64,000 bases of DNA, taken from the NCBI RefSeq assembly GCF_030013205.1, contig NZ_CP122648.1; one strand, written 5' to 3'. The position numbers and the translations under genes are program-made. How positions within the stretch are numbered: the first letter of the stretch is position 1; each line of letters starts with the position of its first letter. Below, piece after piece: positions 14,180 through 23,401 of the stretch. This DNA comes from Escherichia coli. GTDB taxonomy: Bacteria > Pseudomonadota > Gammaproteobacteria > Enterobacterales > Enterobacteriaceae. The notes below the pieces were generated by a model. It saw only the letters and a program-made list of their open reading frames with translations. It was not told the origin of the DNA and ran no database searches.

Positions 14180-14733
14180 AGCGCAAAGTATTGTTAATTC
14201 CGTTGATTATCTTCCTGGCGATTGCCGCGGCGCTGCTGTGGCAGCTGGCGCGTAATGCCGAAGGGGATGATCCGACCAATCTGGAATCGGCGCTCATTGG
14301 CAAGCCGGTGCCGAAGTTTCGCCTCGAATCACTGGACAATCCGGGGCAGTTTTATCAGGCGGATGTGCTGACTCAGGGCAAACCAGTGCTGCTTAACGTC
14401 TGGGCGACCTGGTGTCCGACCTGCCGTGCGGAACATCAATATCTGAATCAGCTTTCTGCGCAGGGCATCCGCGTGGTCGGCATGAACTATAAAGACGATC
14501 GCCAGAAGGCAATCAGCTGGCTGAAAGAGCTGGGCAATCCTTACGCACTAAGCCTGTTTGATGGCGACGGCATGTTAGGACTGGATCTCGGTGTCTATGG
14601 CGCGCCAGAAACGTTCCTCATCGACGGCAACGGCATCATTCGCTATCGCCATGCGGGCGATCTCAATCCTCGCGTCTGGGAAGAAGAGATCAAGCCACTG
14701 TGGGAGAAATACAGTAAGGAGGCCGCACAATGA
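14176..14733 (+). CDS. ccmG: thiol:disulfide interchange protein CcmG/DsbE
   Basis: 185 aa with thioredoxin motif WCPTC. Confidence 0.95.
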   Translation: MKRKVLLIPLIIFLAIAAALLWQLARNAEGDDPTNLESALIGKPVPKFRLESLDNPGQFYQADVLTQGKPVLLNVWATWCPTCRAEHQYLNQLSAQGIRVVGMNYKDDRQKAISWLKELGNPYALSLFDGDGMLGLDLGVYGAPETFLIDGNGIIRYRHAGDLNPRVWEEEIKPLWEKYSKEAAQ

Positions 14734-15782
14734 GGTTTTTATTGGGCGTGCTGATGCTGATGATCTCCGGCTCAGCGCTGGCGACCATCGACGTGTTGCA
14801 GTTTAAGGATGAAGCGCAGGAGCAGCAGTTCCGGCAACTCATTGAAGAACTACGCTGCCCGAAATGCCAGAACAACAGCATTGCCGATTCCAACTCGATG
14901 ATTGCCACCGACCTGCGCCAGAAAGTGTATGAACTGATGCAGGAAGGTAAAAGTAAAAAAGAGATTGTCGATTATATGGTGGCGCGTTACGGCAACTTCG
15001 TCACTTACGATCCGCCGTTAACGCCGCTGACCGTGCTGCTGTGGGTGCTTCCAGTAGTGGCTATTGGCATTGGCGGTTGGGTCATTTACGCCCGCTCGCG
15101 GCGTCGGGTACGCGTGGTGCCGGACGCGTTTCCTGAACAAAGCGTGCCGGAAGGTAAGCGTGCCGGATATATTGTTTATCTGCCGGGTATTGTGGTGGCG
15201 TTAATTGTGGCTGGCGTCAGCTACTACCAGACGGGCAATTATCAGCAGGTGAAAATCTGGCAGCAGGCCACGGCACAGGCTCCGGCGTTACTGGACAGGG
15301 CGCTGGATCCGAAAGCCGATCCGCTCAACGAAGAAGAGATGTCGCGCCTGGCGCTGGGGATGCGTACTCAACTGCAAAAAAATCCGGGAGATATAGAAGG
15401 CTGGATTATGTTGGGCCGCGTTGGCCTGGCGCTGGGTAACGCCAGTATCGCCACCGATGCATACGCTACTGCGTATCGCCTCGATCCGAAAAACAGCGAT
15501 GCTGCACTGGGATACGCTGAAGCGTTGACACGTTCATCTGATCCCAACGACAACCGCCTCGGCGGTGAACTGCTACGTCAGCTGGTGAGAACGGATCATA
15601 GTAATATCCGTGTGTTAAGCATGTATGCGTTTAATGCCTTTGAGCAGCAGCGATTTGGCGAAGCCGTTGCCGCGTGGGAGATGATGTTGAAACTCTTACC
15701 TGCCAACGATACTCGCCGTGCGGTGATTGAACGTAGTATCGCGCAGGCGATGCAACATTTGTCGCCGCAGGAGAGTAAATAA
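14730..15782 (+). CDS. ccmH: cytochrome c heme lyase subunit CcmH
   Basis: 350 aa with LRCPKCQ motif and a C-terminal TPR-like part. Confidence 0.95.
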   Translation: MRFLLGVLMLMISGSALATIDVLQFKDEAQEQQFRQLIEELRCPKCQNNSIADSNSMIATDLRQKVYELMQEGKSKKEIVDYMVARYGNFVTYDPPLTPLTVLLWVLPVVAIGIGGWVIYARSRRRVRVVPDAFPEQSVPEGKRAGYIVYLPGIVVALIVAGVSYYQTGNYQQVKIWQQATAQAPALLDRALDPKADPLNEEEMSRLALGMRTQLQKNPGDIEGWIMLGRVGLALGNASIATDAYATAYRLDPKNSDAALGYAEALTRSSDPNDNRLGGELLRQLVRTDHSNIRVLSMYAFNAFEQQRFGEAVAAWEMMLKLLPANDTRRAVIERSIAQAMQHLSPQESK

Positions 15783-15788
15783 TAAGAG

Positions 15789-15819
15789 GCCCGATGGTGA
15801 TGCCATCGGGCTATTTTTA
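15789..15819. terminator. bidirectional hairpin terminator between convergent ccmH and narP
   Basis: gcccgatgg-tgatg-ccatcgggc stem-loop followed by tattttta on the + strand. Overlaps the narP stop codon. Confidence 0.75.
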
Positions 15820-16464
15820 TTGTGCCCCGCGTTGTTGCAGGAACAGAATGGTGGCCGCCACGCGTGAGCGGACATTGAGTTTACGCAGCAGATTGCGAAT
15901 GTGTACTTTTACTGTCTGCTCGGAAATATTCAACACCGAGGCAATCTGTTTATTTGACAGCCCCTGTGCCAGCTCGTGCAGAACATCCAGCTCGCGCTCC
16001 GTCAGCACGCTGAAGGGATCTTCTTCTGCTCCAAACATTTCACGTTCACGTAAGTACTGATTGACGCGTTCGCTAAAGACTTTGCTGCCTTTCGCTCCGG
16101 CACGAATCGCTTCCAGCAACACTTCCGGGTCGCTGTCTTTCAACAGATAACCGTCTGCGCCTGCGTCTATCAGCGCAAAGACATCGCTGGAGGCATCTGA
16201 TACGGTCAGGATAATAATTTGCGCGGTAACGCCATCCCTGCGCAAGGCATTGAGGGTATCCAGGCCACTCATACCTTTCATATTGAGATCCAGCAAGATC
16301 ACGTCGATATCCAGTCTATTCGCCAGATCGATCGCGCTCGCGCCGTCGCCCGCTTCGGCGACCACTTCAAAGCCAGGATCAAGCTCCAGTAACTGACGAA
16401 CACCGCGTCGCATAAGTGGATGATCATCCACAATCATCACCTGAAAAGGCGTTGCTTCAGGCAT
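15817..16464 (-). CDS. narP: nitrate/nitrite response regulator NarP
   Basis: Start taken at MPEATPFQVMIVDDH (215 aa, remembered K-12 length). Receiver domain plus LuxR-type HTH. Confidence 0.95.
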   Translation of the reverse strand: MPEATPFQVMIVDDHPLMRRGVRQLLELDPGFEVVAEAGDGASAIDLANRLDIDVILLDLNMKGMSGLDTLNALRRDGVTAQIIILTVSDASSDVFALIDAGADGYLLKDSDPEVLLEAIRAGAKGSKVFSERVNQYLREREMFGAEEDPFSVLTERELDVLHELAQGLSNKQIASVLNISEQTVKVHIRNLLRKLNVRSRVAATILFLQQRGAQ

Positions 16465-16783
16465 AGTAGTCTCCTGAGGTTTTATTAGAATCATTATGTT
16501 TGAGCGTAGCGTTGGTAACGCTACCAGGCGCGTGAATGTTACCCCATTTTATGTATGGACATGTAGCGAAAACTACAACCTTGTCGTTCGCTTTGGCATC
16601 ATTTTCATTATAAAGACGGAATTTTGCATCAGCTTCTCATCAAGAAAAACAACTAAAAAATCAATCACAATACTTGTGCATTTCTTTAAACAGTTTTTAA
16701 AAACTGACTCCGGGTATGGAGCTATGGGTATTTTCTTTACCCAATGCTTTTAACAGCAATTAATTTCATAGGATGAAAGCTCA

Positions 16784-19375
16784 ATGCATCAATCTGGTTC
16801 TGTTTCTCTTTGTCGTTCCGCAATATCTGTTCTGGTGGCTACAGCGTTATATTCACCCATAGCATTGGCATCAACAGTTGAGTATGGTGAGACAGTTGAT
16901 GGTGTTGTCCTGGAAAAAGATATCCAGCTGGTTTATGGGACCGCCAATAATACGAAAATCAATCCTGGCGGAGAACAGCATATTAAAGAATTTGGTATAA
17001 GTAGTAATACTGAAATTAACGGCGGGTATCAGTACATTGAAATGAATGGCACCGCAGAATACTCAGTATTAAATGATGGTTATCAAATTGTTCAAATGGG
17101 TGGCGCAGCAAACCAGACTACCCTCAATAATGGTGTGCTACAGGTTTATGGCGCAGCGAATGATACCACCATTAAAGGCGGGCGCTTAATTATTGAAAAA
17201 GATGGGATTACCGTCTTTGCCGCTATCGAAAAGGGAGGATTACTGGAGGTTAAAGAGGGGGGATTAGCATTTGCGGTAGATCAGAAAGCAGGCGGTGCGA
17301 TTAAAACAACCACGCGGGCCATGGAGGTATTCGGAACAAACCGTCTCGGTCAGTTCGATATCAAGGATGGTATTGCTAATAATATGCTGTTGGAAAACGG
17401 CGGAAGTTTGCGAGTTGAAGAAAATGACTTCGCTTATAATACCACTGTGGATAATGGCGGCTTACTGGAGGTTATGGATGGCGGGACTGCAACTGGCGTT
17501 GATAAAAAAGCAGGCGGAAAATTAATTGTCTCAACGAATGCGCTGGAAGTGAGTGGTACAAACAGTAAAGGCCAATTTAGTATAAAAGATGGTGTGTCCA
17601 AAAATTATGAACTGGATGATGGTTCCGGGCTCATTGTTATGGAGGATACGCAGGCCATTGACACTATCCTTGATGAGCATGCCACTATGCAATCGCTGGG
17701 AAAGGATACTGGTACGAGAGTGCAGGCAAATGCGGTATATGATCTCGGTCGATCAGATCAGAATGGAAGTATAACGTATTCCTCTAAAGCCATCTCTGAA
17801 AATATGGTTATCAACAATGGCCGCGCTAATGTCTGGGCTGGCACGATGGTTAACGTTTCAGTCAGAGGGAATGATGGCATTCTTGAGGTCATGAAGCCGC
17901 AAATAAATTATGCACCCGCTATGTTGGTGGGTAGTGTCGTGGTTTCTGAGGGCGCTTCTTTAAGAACGCATGGTGCCGTGGATACCAGCAAAGCGGATGT
18001 TTCGCTCGAAAATAGCGCATGGACCATCATTGCCGATAACACTACGACGAACCAAAACACTCGCCTCAACTTAGCCAACCTTGCGATGTCCGGCGCAAAT
18101 GTGATTATGATGGCTGAGCCAGTGACTCGTTCATCAGTGACGGCAAGTGCGGAAAATTTCATTACGTTGACCACCAATACCCTGTCGGGAAACGGCAATT
18201 TTTATATGCGTACCGATATGGCTAATCATCAGAGCGATCAGCTCAACGTGACCGGTCAGGCAACAGGTGATTTCAAAATATTTGTGACGGACACAGGGGC
18301 CAGCCCGGCAGCAGGTGATAGCCTTACACTGGTAACAACGGGCGGCGGTGATGCTGCATTTACGTTGGGCAATGCCGGAGGCATTGTTGATATCGGTACG
18401 TATGAATATACCTTGCTGGATAATGGCAACCATAGCTGGAGTCTGGCAGAGAATCGCGCGCAAATTACCCCTTCAACCACTGATGTGCTGAACATGGCAG
18501 CAGCACAACCGCTGGTATTTGATGCAGAACTGTACACCGTGCGTGAGCGTCTTGGTAGCGTAAAAGGCGTTAGTTACGATACGGCGATGTGGAGTTCGGC
18601 AATTAACACCCGCAACAACGTGACCACTGATGCGGGAGCTGGCTTTGAGCAAACATTGACGGGCCTGACGCTCGGTATCGATAGCCGTTTCTCCCGTGAA
18701 GAAAGCAGCACAATTCGCGGCTTGTTCTTTGGTTACTCTCATTCTGATATTGGTTTTGATCGCGGCGGCAAAGGCAATGTCGATAGCTACACCCTGGGGG
18801 CTTATGCCGGTTGGGAGCATCAGAACGGTGCCTATGTTGATGGAGTGGTGAAAGTTGACCGTTTTGCCAACACCATCCATGGCAAGATGGGTAATGGGGC
18901 AACAGCGTTTGGCGATTACAATAGTAACGGCGCGGGTGCTCATGTCGAGAGCGGGTTCCGTTGGGTTGACGGATTGTGGAGTGTTAGACCCTATCTCGCC
19001 TTTACCGGCTTTACCACAGATGGTCAGGACTACACGTTATCAAATGGCATGCGCGCGGATGTGGGAAATACCCGCATATTACGCGCTGAAGCGGGAACGG
19101 CGGTAAGCTATCACATGGACCTGCAAAACGGTACGACGCTGGAACCCTGGCTGAAAGCCGCCGTACGTCAGGAATACGCCGATTCTAACCAGGTGAAAGT
19201 TAATGACGATGGCAAATTTAATAATGATGTGGCTGGAACCCGTGGCGTTTATCAGGCTGGGATAAGGTCATCGTTTACCCCGACGTTAAGCGGTCATTTG
19301 TCAGTCAGTTATGGCAATGGCGCAGGGGTAGAATCGCCGTGGAATTCTCAGGCGGGTGTGGTCTGGACGTTCTGA
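16784..19375 (+). CDS. yejO: autotransporter adhesin-like protein YejO, uninterrupted
   Basis: 863 aa with an N-terminal signal-like segment, a repetitive G/N/T-rich passenger and a C-terminal beta-barrel ending in VVWTF. Confidence 0.9.
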   Translation: MHQSGSVSLCRSAISVLVATALYSPIALASTVEYGETVDGVVLEKDIQLVYGTANNTKINPGGEQHIKEFGISSNTEINGGYQYIEMNGTAEYSVLNDGYQIVQMGGAANQTTLNNGVLQVYGAANDTTIKGGRLIIEKDGITVFAAIEKGGLLEVKEGGLAFAVDQKAGGAIKTTTRAMEVFGTNRLGQFDIKDGIANNMLLENGGSLRVEENDFAYNTTVDNGGLLEVMDGGTATGVDKKAGGKLIVSTNALEVSGTNSKGQFSIKDGVSKNYELDDGSGLIVMEDTQAIDTILDEHATMQSLGKDTGTRVQANAVYDLGRSDQNGSITYSSKAISENMVINNGRANVWAGTMVNVSVRGNDGILEVMKPQINYAPAMLVGSVVVSEGASLRTHGAVDTSKADVSLENSAWTIIADNTTTNQNTRLNLANLAMSGANVIMMAEPVTRSSVTASAENFITLTTNTLSGNGNFYMRTDMANHQSDQLNVTGQATGDFKIFVTDTGASPAAGDSLTLVTTGGGDAAFTLGNAGGIVDIGTYEYTLLDNGNHSWSLAENRAQITPSTTDVLNMAAAQPLVFDAELYTVRERLGSVKGVSYDTAMWSSAINTRNNVTTDAGAGFEQTLTGLTLGIDSRFSREESSTIRGLFFGYSHSDIGFDRGGKGNVDSYTLGAYAGWEHQNGAYVDGVVKVDRFANTIHGKMGNGATAFGDYNSNGAGAHVESGFRWVDGLWSVRPYLAFTGFTTDGQDYTLSNGMRADVGNTRILRAEAGTAVSYHMDLQNGTTLEPWLKAAVRQEYADSNQVKVNDDGKFNNDVAGTRGVYQAGIRSSFTPTLSGHLSVSYGNGAGVESPWNSQAGVVWTF

Positions 19376-19441
19376 TAACAGAAAATAAACAGGCCGTGAT
19401 GTGTCGCGGTCTGTTTATCGAATTAAATGCAGATATAAAAA

Positions 19442-19468
19442 AACCAACCTTTACGGTTGGTTTTTTTT
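19442..19468 (+). terminator. Rho-independent terminator after yejO
   Basis: aaccaacc-tttac-ggttggtt stem-loop followed by a T8 run. Confidence 0.85.
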
Positions 19469-19470
19469 GG

Positions 19471-19500
19471 GATTTTTGGTCGCACGAGAGTATTCAAAAC
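19471..19500. repeat. distal att repeat (degenerate copy of the tRNA-Pro 3' end)
   Basis: gatttttggtcgcacgagagtattcaaaac compared with gatttggtcggcacgagaggatttgaacc at 32850-32878. The core ttggtcg(g)cacgagag lacks one g here. Confidence 0.75.
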
Positions 19501-19551
19501 ACGCCAATAACCTCTTGATTTAATTGAAGTCGAAAATTTTAAGTCAAAAAT

Positions 19552-19577
19552 CGTATAGCTTAACGTGTAGCTAAAAA
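19552..19577 (+). promoter_or_regulatory. arm-type repeat cgtatagcttaacgtgtagctaaaaa (copy of 32710-32735)
   Basis: 25/26 identity, in direct orientation, with the sequence just upstream of int. Contains the TAGCTA motif that recurs five times at 32661-32731. Confidence 0.6.
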
Positions 19578-20309
19578 TGTTTGCTGCAAAAGTATACAAT
19601 TTTAACCGTTATGACTCCCTGTTATCCGTTATCAAGCTGGTGGATGATCATGGATAACCCGTTATGGGAATCCCCATATCGGCATCAGGCCCACCAGCGC
19701 GACGCATTTTTTTAATTTCGCGGGTGTAAAAATTTGACGGGGCGGGCGGTCCCATAAGCAATGGGGGGTAGGGATTTCGATCCCCCCTCCTGAATGCAAT
19801 TTTTCGTATGTGGCTGTGCGTCCACCAGCTACGCCGGAATGGGGTATTCCGTTTCAACGGAACAGGTATGACGAACATGATCGCACCTTCTCCCGAAAAC
19901 GGTGCGACCTCCATAGAGGAAATGCCTATTCAGATCCCCGGTGATTTTCACCATTCAGAATCTGGAGGGTGAGTTTTCCAGTTTTCCCCAATGGGGGATT
20001 CTGGAACAATCAACGGGTTAGCGATTAAGCTGGCGAGTAATTAAACTGCGAAAATTTCGTAGTTTGTGAATATATTCCGGCTTGCTGGTTAACAGTCCTC
20101 AGATGTGAGGGATGTAGCCAGCGCAATTTTGCGTCGTCGGATATATCAACAACTTAGCACAAAAATAAGTCAGGCAGATACAAACCTCAAATTTGAGGTT
20201 TGCTTGTTTATCAACGGGTAAGGATAATCATCTCCCCTTTAAAGCCCCTTCGAAGGGTTACCCGTAGGCTTAATGTAAGGCTTGGCTGTAGCCTTACCGA
20301 ACGCTCCGC

Positions 20310-20489
20310 TCACCGTCGCGGCCTGTCCGGTTTCTTCCACTGATACGGCCTCACATCATCCTGCTGGTGGCGTTCCTGTTGCAGCACAACGGAAACAGGC
20401 GCTGAACACCTGTTAATTTTGCTTGCAGGTTGTTTGATTCCGGCAATGCTGCGGATCATCTCCAGCATATCGGCTTCGGTGATGGTCAT
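20310..20489 (-). CDS. hypothetical small protein (59 aa; below the ORF-track cutoff)
   Basis: Manual translation gives MTITEADMLEMIRSIAGIKQPASKINRCSAPVSVVLQQERHQQDDVRPYQWKKPDRPRR. An aaggtg SD-like sequence lies 7 nt upstream. Same strand as the operon. Confidence 0.35.
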   Translation of the reverse strand: MTITEADMLEMIRSIAGIKQPASKINRCSAPVSVVLQQERHQQDDVRPYQWKKPDRPRR

Positions 20490-20496
20490 GATTTAC

Positions 20497-20775
20497 ACCT
20501 TAGGAAATCTTAGGGGCTGGTTGACACTTTCCGGCTTAAGACCTTAACAAATCTTAACATCGCAGGTTGACACACTTGACACTTTTTCGCGAAAAACCTT
20601 ATCAAACCTTAGCATTTCTAAGCATGGCAACTTGACACTTTTCGCGATTTTTTCGGCTTTTTGACGTGGTAAATCTGGCGAAAGGCCAGTAATGGCGGGG
20701 CTTACAGCGAGGTTGACACTTTTTCGCGTTCAGAGTGTAAAGTGTCAACCTGGCAAGCTGCTCAACTTGACACTT
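20497..20775. repeat. composite repeat array: about 7 TTGACAC(TTTTTCGCG) boxes interleaved with ACCTTAnnAAAyCTTA boxes
   Basis: TTGACAC at 20521, 20567, 20576, 20632, 20713 and 20766, inverted at 20741-20748, degenerate at 20661. ACCTTA..CTTA units at about 20497, 20541 and 20596. Immediately 3' of the HTH terminase-like gene. Confidence 0.8.
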
Positions 20776-20782
20776 TTTGAGG

Positions 20783-21310
20783 TCATTGATGGCCTGATTT
20801 TTCCCACTCAGCCAGGGCGTTTAGTCCGGCTTCACTCCAGTTATCCAGCTCATCGGGACAATCACCTGCAACATAGCAGAGCTCACAACGCAGCATACGA
20901 ATTGCCAGCCTGGCATTTTCCCGAAAATCATACTGCTCAAAGTAATATTGCCCAGCATAATCCTCAAGGCAGATAGCACCATCATCAAGAAATTGCACTT
21001 CACAGCATAGTTCCCCGGCTGCATCCTGTACACGCTGCTGTATGTCATTGTCCGTTACTGGTGCAGGGATTTTACCGTCTCTGGCCTTAACTGCTTTCCA
21101 GAACTCGCCCCACGTCATTTCCAGCGTTCTCTCTGGCCACATTTCAGAAACTGTGTCTTTTCCCTGTGCTGGTGGGCTGTTCCGCTGCTCTGTCGCTTCC
21201 ACATCGATTTTTTTACCGGACATGACCACTTCGCCTTTCTCGATCCAGTCGTAAACTGTCTGGCGGCTTACGCCTTTGTGTTTGGCATATTCTGCCTTGC
21301 TCATAAACAT
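20783..21310 (-). CDS. Nu1-like winged-HTH protein (small terminase-like or Rpp-like packaging specificity factor)
   Basis: 175 aa. The N-terminus SKAEYAKHKGVSRQTVYDWIEKG resembles the N-terminal HTH of lambda Nu1 / TerS proteins. GAGGGGAAG SD upstream. Confidence 0.6.
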   Translation of the reverse strand: MFMSKAEYAKHKGVSRQTVYDWIEKGEVVMSGKKIDVEATEQRNSPPAQGKDTVSEMWPERTLEMTWGEFWKAVKARDGKIPAPVTDNDIQQRVQDAAGELCCEVQFLDDGAICLEDYAGQYYFEQYDFRENARLAIRMLRCELCYVAGDCPDELDNWSEAGLNALAEWEKSGHQ

Positions 21311-21361
21311 GACACTTCCCCTCAGACTGTATTAATGCGCCGGAAAGCGCGTGTATTTAAA

Positions 21362-23401
21362 TCATCCCAGGAACCGTTGAGCACCAATTAGTTGCGCGAA
21401 GTAATCGGCACCAGCGTTCCGAACAATTTCCAACTTAACGTTCTGATCATTGTTTCCTGCTGCAGGGACAATCCCACGATTCATAGCCAGCGCCCGGATC
21501 ACATCTTCAACACTTACAGCTTTAGCGGCAGCACCATTTTCATGGTTAATAATGCCCTGAATTAGCTTTTTCATGACCTCAAAATTAGAACCATCGATTT
21601 TCTCCTTAACACCTAATCCGGTGTACTGAGAGAGATAGCTTTTATAGGACGATGTGTTATTTCCATCAGATGAAGGGGCATAAATATCAATAATCTGATC
21701 AATCGTATTTTTGCCGCGTTTCAGGTATAGCATTACCTGCCGATCTAAGGCGGCAATGCCTTCCAGCATCGTCGGGAAGCTGGCAAAACGGGCATTTGGC
21801 CCCGATTCCAGGGTAGCCCCTTTTTGTCCTGCGAAATTAAGATTTCCGGGATTGTTATTCCTGATCCCTCTGGATAAATATGCAGATCTGTTTACTTGAT
21901 TTGAAAATCCCTGCAATCCTCCAGGCCAGACCTTACCCGGATTGTTTTTTTGCCACTCCTGCACTTCGTTAAAATAATCAAAGTTGAAACGCCCCTCCAG
22001 CCCTTTCATTTCCTCACTGGTGGTAGGTGTGTCATTTGTAGGAATAGCCAATCCAGCTACTGTTCCGGCTGTAGCCCCAAGAAGACTTCCACCAACAACA
22101 CGGGCGGCAACTCCGGTCGTTGTGGCTGCCACAGCACCAACTCTCGATGGTCCAGCAAGTACTGCGGCCCCAAAAAGCCAGGGATGTTCAACCGCAAAAC
22201 CAACAAACCCGCTAAGTGCCTTAACAACCTTTGCAACGTTTTCGGCAAAATTGTTCAGGTCGTTATTAAAATCCGGGCCATTTACGTACTTACCAAGTTT
22301 ATCCAGCCCCGTTTCTACATCCGTCAGAATCCTTTTAAAGTTCTCACCATTCATGAAATTCAGGGCAGCATTCGTGGCACCATCAGACATTCTGATTAAA
22401 GCGTCTTCATTCCCCGCCATTGCTCCCTGAAATCCGCTGGTAAGCCGATCCCAGTTTTTTTCCAGGTTACTGGTAATATTCTGATATTTACTTGTATGTG
22501 CAGAGGTCAGTAACGAATCATTCTGCGCTGCACGTAACGAAAACTCTTTGTTGAGTTCAGGTATTTTGTCCTGATATTTGACTAACTGGTTAGTAAGACC
22601 AAAATTTACCCATCCAAGCCCCATTCCTCTGAAATTGCTCTGGGTAAGACCAGTTCCCTGATATTCCTTTGCCAGCGCTGCAACCTTTTTCAGGAATACA
22701 GGCAGGTTTTCAGTCGCGTTTTTATCAGGATTTAGCCCCAGATTAAGCAGGCCGACGCGGGCAGGATGCGATATATCATTTTGTGCTGCTGCCAGTGTAT
22801 TGAGCACATTGCCAACACCGGAAAAATAAGGCGAATAAGTGCTTTCTGCCGCCTTTAACTCTCCTGGCGTTGCCACCAGCTCATCTGCATTTTTCTGTTT
22901 CTCTACAACACTACGGGACATCATGCCAAAGCCAAACGGTCCGGCAACGCCCATAACCGAGAGTTTTGTTCCCCACGATACGGTTGTTTTAAACAGGTTG
23001 TTTAATCTTGAAGTGGTCGTCTGTAGTGTAGAATTGATCTGCTTGTAAGTTTTCAGCGTCTGTTGGGCATTTTTCCCCAGCCCGCTGAGATACTTATCAA
23101 ACATCGTTTCGCCGCGACCTTTATAGTTGCTTACGAACGAATCTGCTGTTTTTCCGCTGCCGACAAAGCGCCCTTTTTCGTCCCTCACTCTCCCGGATAC
23201 ATCCGGTCCTGTCCGACCAGATTTTGCCGCCACGGGTAAGCCTGCCCCCACGCTGCGCCCACTTTGCCCCGGTATTTTCATCGGCGTTCCGGCAGGGCCG
23301 ATCATCAGCCCGTTGCGATACTTTTCAAAAATTGCCTCAAGCCGTTTGAGGTGTTCTTCATTAACGTCCAGCGTCAGAACTGGCATCTGATTACCTGACA
23401 T
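21362..23401 (-). CDS. tape-measure-like virion protein with C-terminal globular domain (RNNNPGN motif)
   Basis: 679 aa with a helical N-terminal two thirds and a Gly/Ala-rich hydrophobic segment (HPWLFGAAVLAGPSRVGAVAATTTGVAARVVGG...). Directly preceded by a two-frame chaperone-like gene, and its start overlaps the stop of the -1 frame (TAATG). Confidence 0.6.
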   Translation of the reverse strand: MSGNQMPVLTLDVNEEHLKRLEAIFEKYRNGLMIGPAGTPMKIPGQSGRSVGAGLPVAAKSGRTGPDVSGRVRDEKGRFVGSGKTADSFVSNYKGRGETMFDKYLSGLGKNAQQTLKTYKQINSTLQTTTSRLNNLFKTTVSWGTKLSVMGVAGPFGFGMMSRSVVEKQKNADELVATPGELKAAESTYSPYFSGVGNVLNTLAAAQNDISHPARVGLLNLGLNPDKNATENLPVFLKKVAALAKEYQGTGLTQSNFRGMGLGWVNFGLTNQLVKYQDKIPELNKEFSLRAAQNDSLLTSAHTSKYQNITSNLEKNWDRLTSGFQGAMAGNEDALIRMSDGATNAALNFMNGENFKRILTDVETGLDKLGKYVNGPDFNNDLNNFAENVAKVVKALSGFVGFAVEHPWLFGAAVLAGPSRVGAVAATTTGVAARVVGGSLLGATAGTVAGLAIPTNDTPTTSEEMKGLEGRFNFDYFNEVQEWQKNNPGKVWPGGLQGFSNQVNRSAYLSRGIRNNNPGNLNFAGQKGATLESGPNARFASFPTMLEGIAALDRQVMLYLKRGKNTIDQIIDIYAPSSDGNNTSSYKSYLSQYTGLGVKEKIDGSNFEVMKKLIQGIINHENGAAAKAVSVEDVIRALAMNRGIVPAAGNNDQNVKLEIVRNAGADYFAQLIGAQRFLG

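Noticed and set aside
19763-19787. tRNA T-arm-like hairpin (possible tRNA or tRNA remnant)
   Set aside because: The flanks do not fold into acceptor, D or anticodon arms and there is no T-loop consensus. It is just a G/C hairpin.
19648-19914. 88 aa minus-strand ORF in the island tail
   Set aside because: No SD, odd composition (P/R/G-rich), and it coincides with stacked hairpins. More likely non-coding structured DNA or RNA.
20521-20772. TTGACA boxes as a series of plus-strand sigma70 -35 elements
   Set aside because: They would drive transcription antisense into the terminase-like gene, and the matching -10 hexamers are poor or absent. A protein-binding repeat array is more parsimonious.
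21950-22430. Two ~149 aa plus-strand ORFs inside the tape-measure-like gene
   Set aside because: Antisense to a long, coherent minus-strand ORF. Low-complexity translations.
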